A stretch of DNA of 50,501 nt from Blastocatellia bacterium (GTDB taxonomy: Bacteria; Acidobacteriota; Blastocatellia; UBA7656). The position numbers and the translations under genes were made by a program. The stretch is taken from contig DATLMR010000420.1 of assembly GCA_035537555.1 (NCBI GenBank), positions 1-50,501 on the forward strand, written 5' to 3'. A model generated the notes under the pieces. It made no database searches. It worked only from the letters and a program-made list of their open reading frames with translations, and was not told where the DNA came from. This document shows positions 45,591 to 50,501 of this stretch, one piece after another; position 1 is the stretch's first letter, and every line of letters begins with the position of its first letter.

Positions 45591-47342
45591 TTGAATAGTC
45601 CTATGAACACCATCCGAGTAGCGCTCGCGCAGATCAACGTGACGGTCGGCGACATCACGAACAACACCGGCCGCGTGCTGGATTACCTTAAGAGAGCCCG
45701 CGCGACCGGAGCCGACATCATCGCCTTCCCCGAGCTGGTCCTCACCGGGTACCCGCCCGAAGACCTCCTGCTTCGCCCGCATTTCGTGCGCGAGAATCGC
45801 CGCGCTCTGGACCGCGTGGTCGAGGCCGCCGGTGATGAGATAATCATCATCGGCTTCGTGGACAATGACGGGTCTGATATTTACAATGCCGCGGCAGTGA
45901 TCGCGGGCGGAAAGCTCGCGGACATATATCACAAGACCTTCCTGCCTAACTACGGAGTCTTCGACGAGGAGAGATATTTTCAGTCCGGGAGCCGATGCCC
46001 GGTATTCTCGCTTGGAGAAGCGCGGGTCGGAATCAACGTCTGCGAGGACATCTGGTACCCGGGCGGCCCGACGAAGCTGCAAGCCCTCGTGGGCGACGCG
46101 CACCTGATCGTGAATATATCTTCATCGCCCTTCCACGCGGGCAAGCGGTATGACCGCGAACGGATGCTTTGCACCAGGGCCGAAGACAACGCGGTGGCGC
46201 TCGCCTACTGCAACCTCGTGGGCGGCCAGGACGAGCTGGTCTTTGACGGCAACAGCCTGGTAATCGACGAGGCCGGGCGCGTGATCGCCAGAGGGCTCGC
46301 TTTCACGGAAGACCTGCTGGTCGCCGACATTAACGTGGAGCAGGTCTTTTCCGAAAGATTGCACGACCCGCGCCGTCGCCGCGAAAAATTGAGGATCACT
46401 CCCGACGACGCGCTCTATACGTACAGCCTTGACAGGCCTTCGTCCTCATCCGACCCGAGGCGGCAGCTCGCCCGGCGGATTGAAGAGCCTCCGGACGAAC
46501 TGGGAGAAGTCTACTTCGCCCTCGTCCTCGGCCTCCGCGATTATGTTCGGAAGAACGGCTTCGACAAGATATTCATCGGGCTTTCGGGGGGGATAGATTC
46601 GGCCCTGACGGCGGTGATTGCGGCCGACGCCATCGGGCCTGAGAACGTGAGAACGGTCTTCATGCCGACGCGCTATTCATCGAGCGAAAGCGCCCGCGAC
46701 GCGCGGCTACTGGCGGAGAACCTCGGCCTGCATTATCAGGTGATCTCCATCGAAGATACATTCGGGTGCTACCGCAAGATGCTCGCGCCGGTCTTCGAAG
46801 GGCTGCCCGAGGACGTGACCGAAGAGAACCTGCAGGCGCGCATCCGCGGCAATATCCTGATGGCGCTCTCGAACAAGTTTAATGGGCTCGTGATCTCGAC
46901 CGGCAACAAGAGCGAGATGAGCGTGGGATATTCGACGCTTTATGGAGACATGGTGGGCGGCTTCGCTATCTTGAAGGACGTTCCCAAGACGCTCGTCTAC
47001 CGCCTGTCGGAGTACGTTAACCGGCGCGGGCCGAGGCCAATCATCCCCGAATACATCATCACGCGCGCCCCGTCCGCCGAGCTGCGCCCCGACCAGACGG
47101 ACCAGGATACCCTGCCTCCGTACGACGTCCTCGACGCGATCCTCGAAGCCTACATAGAGAGAGATATGAGCGTCGAATCGATCGTCGCGCTCGGCTTCGC
47201 GCCCGAGGTCGTCCGCTGGGTCATCAACCGCGTCGACGCGTCCGAGTACAAGAGAAGGCAATCCCCTCCCGGCATAAAGATAACTCCCCGCGCGTTCGGC
47301 AGGGACCGGCGCATGCCGATTACGAGCAAGTACCGCGATTGA
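45591..47342 (+). CDS. nadE: Glutamine-dependent NAD+ synthetase
   Basis: N-terminal CN-hydrolase domain (IAFPEL, YHKTFLPNYGVFDE, GINVCEDIW) and a C-terminal synthetase domain with P-loop GLSGGIDSAL. The start may be 45603. Confidence 0.95.
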   Translation: MNSPMNTIRVALAQINVTVGDITNNTGRVLDYLKRARATGADIIAFPELVLTGYPPEDLLLRPHFVRENRRALDRVVEAAGDEIIIIGFVDNDGSDIYNAAAVIAGGKLADIYHKTFLPNYGVFDEERYFQSGSRCPVFSLGEARVGINVCEDIWYPGGPTKLQALVGDAHLIVNISSSPFHAGKRYDRERMLCTRAEDNAVALAYCNLVGGQDELVFDGNSLVIDEAGRVIARGLAFTEDLLVADINVEQVFSERLHDPRRRREKLRITPDDALYTYSLDRPSSSSDPRRQLARRIEEPPDELGEVYFALVLGLRDYVRKNGFDKIFIGLSGGIDSALTAVIAADAIGPENVRTVFMPTRYSSSESARDARLLAENLGLHYQVISIEDTFGCYRKMLAPVFEGLPEDVTEENLQARIRGNILMALSNKFNGLVISTGNKSEMSVGYSTLYGDMVGGFAILKDVPKTLVYRLSEYVNRRGPRPIIPEYIITRAPSAELRPDQTDQDTLPPYDVLDAILEAYIERDMSVESIVALGFAPEVVRWVINRVDASEYKRRQSPPGIKITPRAFGRDRRMPITSKYRD

Positions 47343-47381
47343 GAAAGGGCAGGGGTGGCCGACATTCGCGAGGTCGAAGAG

Positions 47382-47414
47382 GCTGAGAGAGGGGGATCGG
47401 GCCCCTCTCTCAGC
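47382..47414. terminator. 13-bp hairpin between convergent nadE and glbN (possible bidirectional terminator)
   Basis: gctgagagagggg - loop - cccctctctcagc, located between the two stop codons (47342 and 47439). Confidence 0.45.
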
Positions 47415-47438
47415 GGCAGCCGGTCGCCGAACGGCCGG

Positions 47439-47897
47439 TTACTTCTCCACGATGTCCGGCTTGAGAGTCATGAGCGCGGCGGCAAGGTCCTGTTGCTCTT
47501 TCTCGCCGACCTTGAATTTGGTCAGGGTGGCGACCAGGTGCTTGACGGCAGTGTCCCAATCCTCCTCGGTGATCCCCATGCCTTTGTGAGAGGTCTTCAT
47601 ATCGCGCCCGATGTATGCGCAGGGGCCTCCGGTGGCCGCGCACAATTGATCTTTGACGAGCTGGGCCACGCGCCCTTTTGAATTGTCGCTCAGGCCGACG
47701 AAGAACCTCCCGAGCTTCTTATCCGCTGCCAGGCGTCCGATGAAGTCATCGGTCACCGCCGCGATCGCATCATATCCTCCAAGTCTTTTGTAGAGACTAT
47801 TGCCGTCGCTCTGAGCGGAGACCGAGGTCCCTGTCCCCGCAAGGGCCGCCGTCAGTGCCAGGGCCATCAACCCGTTGAGCAGAATATTCTTCTTCAC
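47439..47897 (-). CDS. glbN: Group-1 truncated haemoglobin with N-terminal signal peptide
   Basis: GTG start 7 nt after AAGGAGG. Signal peptide MKKNILLNGLMALALTAALAGTGTSVSAQ, trHbN pattern LYKRLGGYDAIAAVTDDF...FF, and a proximal-His region MKTSHKGMGIT. Confidence 0.8.
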   Translation of the reverse strand: MKKNILLNGLMALALTAALAGTGTSVSAQSDGNSLYKRLGGYDAIAAVTDDFIGRLAADKKLGRFFVGLSDNSKGRVAQLVKDQLCAATGGPCAYIGRDMKTSHKGMGITEEDWDTAVKHLVATLTKFKVGEKEQQDLAAALMTLKPDIVEK

Positions 47898-48049
47898 AAT
47901 CCGTCCTCCTTATAATTAAGTGATCGGCAGGAAGATCATGCCTGCCTCCGTGCGTCGCGGTGCTCCAGACTTGACTGCGACGTTGATGGATACGCGAGGC
48001 GCTCTCGAATCGGATTCAAGCCCCAGGATTTAATGGAGGAAATCGCCCT

Positions 48050-48335
48050 GAAACAAGGAGAGCACGGGAAGCTGCATTCTTCCCGTGCTCAGATTTGAGC
48101 CCCCGACTTTCGGGCGAAAGCCGGATTGCTGACAGGAATGAGGCCCAGACCCTGAAGGTGGGGAGGGGATAATCTCCACCTCCAGGAAACGGCAGGCTGG
48201 CCAATGAAGGAACCAGCCAATTTCGGCGGCAATGTTGCTTGAGCGGAAGGGTGCCGCCTTCTATCAAACCGATCCCCGCGCTTGGTATCACGAGGATGTA
48301 TTCCCTGAACCTCAAAACTTCTGTCTTCTACTCTA
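48050..48335 (-). ncRNA. Unclassified structured RNA candidate (leader/riboswitch-like element or sRNA) upstream of glbN
   Basis: On the minus strand, an AT-rich promoter-like stretch (48340-48400) is followed by at least five stable hairpins (48225-48258, 48195-48218, 48151-48186, 48103-48124). The last is a perfect 12-bp stem (48060-48090) followed by UCCUUGUUU. The only ORF here (48016-48315) is not protein-like. I recognise no Rfam family. Confidence 0.4.
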
Positions 48336-48426
48336 ATAACTAGAGACGCGAACGGCTTTCTCGTTTTGGCAAAAAAAAGAGAATTATTTTATTTTCAGAA
48401 AGCGGCCTTCTTACTGGCGCAAATAA

Positions 48427-48454
48427 AGGCCCGGCAGGGATTTCCGCCGGGCCT
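48427..48454 (-). terminator. Rho-independent terminator of the BNR/Sortilin gene
   Basis: On the minus strand: AGGCCCGGC - loop - GCCGGGCCU followed by UUAUUUG, 45-70 nt downstream of the stop at 48499. Confidence 0.7.
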
Positions 48455-48498
48455 GATTCGAGGCTCCTGGAATTCGATGCACCTCTTAAGCCGCGCCT

Positions 48499-50501
48499 TT
48501 AATTATCCTTCCAGTCCGGAATGCGTCCGGGAGTATAAGGCGCGCCCGCTGCTTCGAGAGCCTTCTCCAGCCTGGTCAGGTCCGACTCGACCAGGGTCCT
48601 GAGGCGGCTCAGAACGCCTTCGAACTCCTGGGCCGCGAAGTTGTACTGCGCCGCCTGGGTCTCCGTGGGCCGCGCGGTCGACATCGACTGATCGCCGACG
48701 ATTCCGAAGACGCGCTGGGAGATTGAGGGGGGCGTATTCTCGTTGCGAGCGCGAAGGGTATTATCGCCGCTAAGGGCCCGCCGGATGTCGTTGAGTTTCT
48801 TCTCGATCGCGGCCGCCTCGTCCGACATCTGGGTGGTCGCCGAGGGTGTCTCGAGTATCGCCCGCTTGATGGCGACGAGGCGAGTCCTGGTCCAGTTCAC
48901 CGTTTCGGTGGCCCCTATCACCGCCCGCTGGAGGCGTGCCACTTTCTGCTGGAATTCGAGCAGGGCGGCGCGGTCCTGGGCCGATAACGATTCGGTTCCG
49001 AGCGCAACGACGGAGAAGCCCTGCGGCTGGCCGAGAGGCGTGAGAACCCCGCCCACCCTTTTGGCCAGCGAGATCGAGTAATTGCCGGGGACGACGAGCG
49101 GCCCTGACGGCCCGTCGGAAAAAGGATCGTCGTCGCCTCCGGCCGCGCGAGGCGGGACGAGCACGGAGGCCGGGTAACGCAGGTCCCATGTGGCCCGTTG
49201 GACGCCCGCGACCGGAGGGGCCGTGAGCCTGCGGACCACGCGGCCGGCCGAATCGGTTACGGTGAGGACCAGGACGGGAGCTTCTTCCTCATCTTCCAGT
49301 CTCAGGTCATCCCCGGAGGGCAGGGCGGGGGCGATCCCTTTCTTCTCGGCCTCCTTCTCGCTTTCCTGGCGGCTCTGCTTCCGGGTCTTGATCGCATCTT
49401 TCAGGTAATAAGTGAACGTCGCGCCGAAAGGCGGGTTCTCGGCCGTGTAGAAGGCCTCGCCCTGGAAGGACTTGCCGCGCCCGCCCAGAGGCTGCGCCTG
49501 TATGTAGGTCTGGGCATCTTTCACCGGGAAGATCACCGCCTCCTGCGAGAGCATCTCCGGCTTCAGCAGGCGAAGCGGAGTATAGTTATCCAGAATGTAG
49601 ATGCTGCGGCCGAACGTGCCGATGACGAGGTCGTTCTCGCGCTTCTGAATGGCGAGGTCCCGGACCGCGATAGTGGGCAACCCGCCCTTGAGCTGCACCC
49701 ACTTCTGCCCTCCGTTTATCGAGAAGAAGAGGCCGAACTCCGTTCCGGCGAAGAGCAGATTGGGATTTACGTGGTCTTCGGCTATGGCGAGCACGGGGCC
49801 GTTCGCGGGCAGGTTGCTCTTGATGGAAGCCCAGGTCTTTCCGGCGTCCGTGCTCTTCAGGATATAAGGAGCGAAGTCCGCGTTCTTGTGGTTATCGAAA
49901 GAGGCGTAGACCGTATTCGCATCGTGGTTCGACGCGAGGATGCGGGTGACGTAGGTCATGTCGGGAACGCCCGGAAACTTCTCGGTCTTTCTCCAGTTCT
50001 CCCCGCCGTTTTCGGTTATTTGAATCAGCCCGTCATCGCTTCCGACGTAGATCAGGCCCTCTTTTTTGGGAGATTCCGCGAGAGCCGTGGCATTGCCGTA
50101 GAAGGAGGTCGAGGCATTCTTCGCGACCGCATCGACGCCCCAGATTTTGCCCATAACGGGCAGCCTGTTACGGTCGATGGCTCGCGAGAGCTCGCCGCTC
50201 ACCGTCCTCCACCCGTCCCCGCGATTGTCGCTGCGGAAGAGCTTATTGGAAGCGAAATAGAGCCGCGTGCGAGAGTGCGGGCTGATGATGAAGGGCGAAT
50301 CCCAGTTCCACCTGAGCGGGTCTTCGTTGCGCCCGACTTCGGGCTGAATGCCCATGCGCTCTCCGGTCCGCCTGTCGAAGCGGATCAATCCCCCGTACTG
50401 GCTTTCGGAATAGATGGTATTCGGGTCTTCCGGGTCTACCTGCGTGCGGAACCCATCGCCGCCGTTCGTGACGAACCAGTCCGAGTTAGTGATGCCCGAA
50501 G
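48499..50501 (-). CDS. BNR/Sortilin-Vps10-type beta-propeller protein (N-terminus beyond window)
   Basis: Repeated BNR/Asp-box motifs (TENGGENW, STDAGKTW, SINGGQKW). The frame stays open upstream of the first Met to the window end (…SDWFVTNGGDGFRTQVDPEDPN…). Confidence 0.8.
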   Translation of the reverse strand, partial: SGITNSDWFVTNGGDGFRTQVDPEDPNTIYSESQYGGLIRFDRRTGERMGIQPEVGRNEDPLRWNWDSPFIISPHSRTRLYFASNKLFRSDNRGDGWRTVSGELSRAIDRNRLPVMGKIWGVDAVAKNASTSFYGNATALAESPKKEGLIYVGSDDGLIQITENGGENWRKTEKFPGVPDMTYVTRILASNHDANTVYASFDNHKNADFAPYILKSTDAGKTWASIKSNLPANGPVLAIAEDHVNPNLLFAGTEFGLFFSINGGQKWVQLKGGLPTIAVRDLAIQKRENDLVIGTFGRSIYILDNYTPLRLLKPEMLSQEAVIFPVKDAQTYIQAQPLGGRGKSFQGEAFYTAENPPFGATFTYYLKDAIKTRKQSRQESEKEAEKKGIAPALPSGDDLRLEDEEEAPVLVLTVTDSAGRVVRRLTAPPVAGVQRATWDLRYPASVLVPPRAAGGDDDPFSDGPSGPLVVPGNYSISLAKRVGGVLTPLGQPQGFSVVALGTESLSAQDRAALLEFQQKVARLQRAVIGATETVNWTRTRLVAIKRAILETPSATTQMSDEAAAIEKKLNDIRRALSGDNTLRARNENTPPSISQRVFGIVGDQSMSTARPTETQAAQYNFAAQEFEGVLSRLRTLVESDLTRLEKALEAAGAPYTPGRIPDWKDN

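Noticed and set aside
44429-45667. 412-aa minus-strand ORF spanning the BMC locus
   Set aside because: It is antisense to the aldolase, BMC-H and BMC-P genes, each of which has canonical family sequence. It is a shadow frame.
48005-48030. tRNA/tmRNA-like T-loop (ggattcaagcccc)
   Set aside because: No acceptor stem, anticodon arm or CCA context can be built around it on either strand.
48016-48315. 99-aa minus-strand ORF in the glbN upstream spacer
   Set aside because: The translation is not protein-like and there is no SD. The region is better explained by stacked RNA hairpins.
48150-48330. Possible cobalamin riboswitch (AGGGAA near the 5' end, GCCAG..CCTGCC resembling a B12 box)
   Set aside because: The B12 box lacks its central GAGA, and the GGTG..A.TCC and GCCACTG elements are absent. 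The match is too weak to call.
1-50501. CRISPR arrays, transposases, integrases, prophage or toxin-antitoxin modules
   Set aside because: I saw no spaced direct-repeat array and no recombinase or transposase motifs. The only repeats are short in-frame coding repeats and GC-rich hairpins.

Overview
High-GC bacterial chromosomal segment. The protein architectures (a CarboxypepD_reg-type TonB-dependent-receptor-like outer membrane protein, a BNR/Sortilin propeller protein, a zinc-ribbon+FGE fusion) suggest an Acidobacteriota-like organism; this is inference only. I call 47 protein-coding genes, two of them truncated by the window edges. I see no rRNA, tRNA, CRISPR array, transposase or integrase. 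Most genes are housekeeping: purH, cutA, dapF, mtnP, mce-meaB-acyl-CoA dehydrogenase, rluB, scpA/scpB, trpS, mutS, a polyprenyl synthase and nadE. The many long ORFs antisense to these genes look like high-GC shadow frames and are rejected. Five loci deserve a second look. (1) A co-directional cluster on the minus strand, 31932-35454: pspA (ESCRT-III superfamily), a 2-TM coiled-coil protein, and a classic-clade AAA ATPase with a degenerate N-terminal pseudo-AAA domain, followed by a PAQR/hemolysin-III gene and an ACT-domain gene. This is a candidate ESCRT-III/Vps4-like membrane-remodelling module and my best guess for the undescribed system. (2) A three-gene mini bacterial-microcompartment locus, 43970-45520: a class II aldolase with a C-terminal encapsulation-peptide-like helix, one BMC-H and one BMC-P, with no aldehyde dehydrogenase or other canonical core enzyme in the window. 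(3) A roughly 290-nt multi-hairpin RNA candidate ending in a terminator-like stem, upstream of an exported truncated haemoglobin. (4) A winged-helix plus PD-(D/E)xK-like protein abutting mutS. (5) A Fic-fold protein with a destroyed catalytic motif. Smaller oddities are a histone-H1-like Lys/Ala/Gly protein, a GGDDF response regulator, a Q/G/N-rich insert in the outer membrane barrel, a five-zinc-ribbon FGE fusion and a 750-nt low-GC non-coding gap. All functional calls rest on motif recognition by eye; no database search was run.
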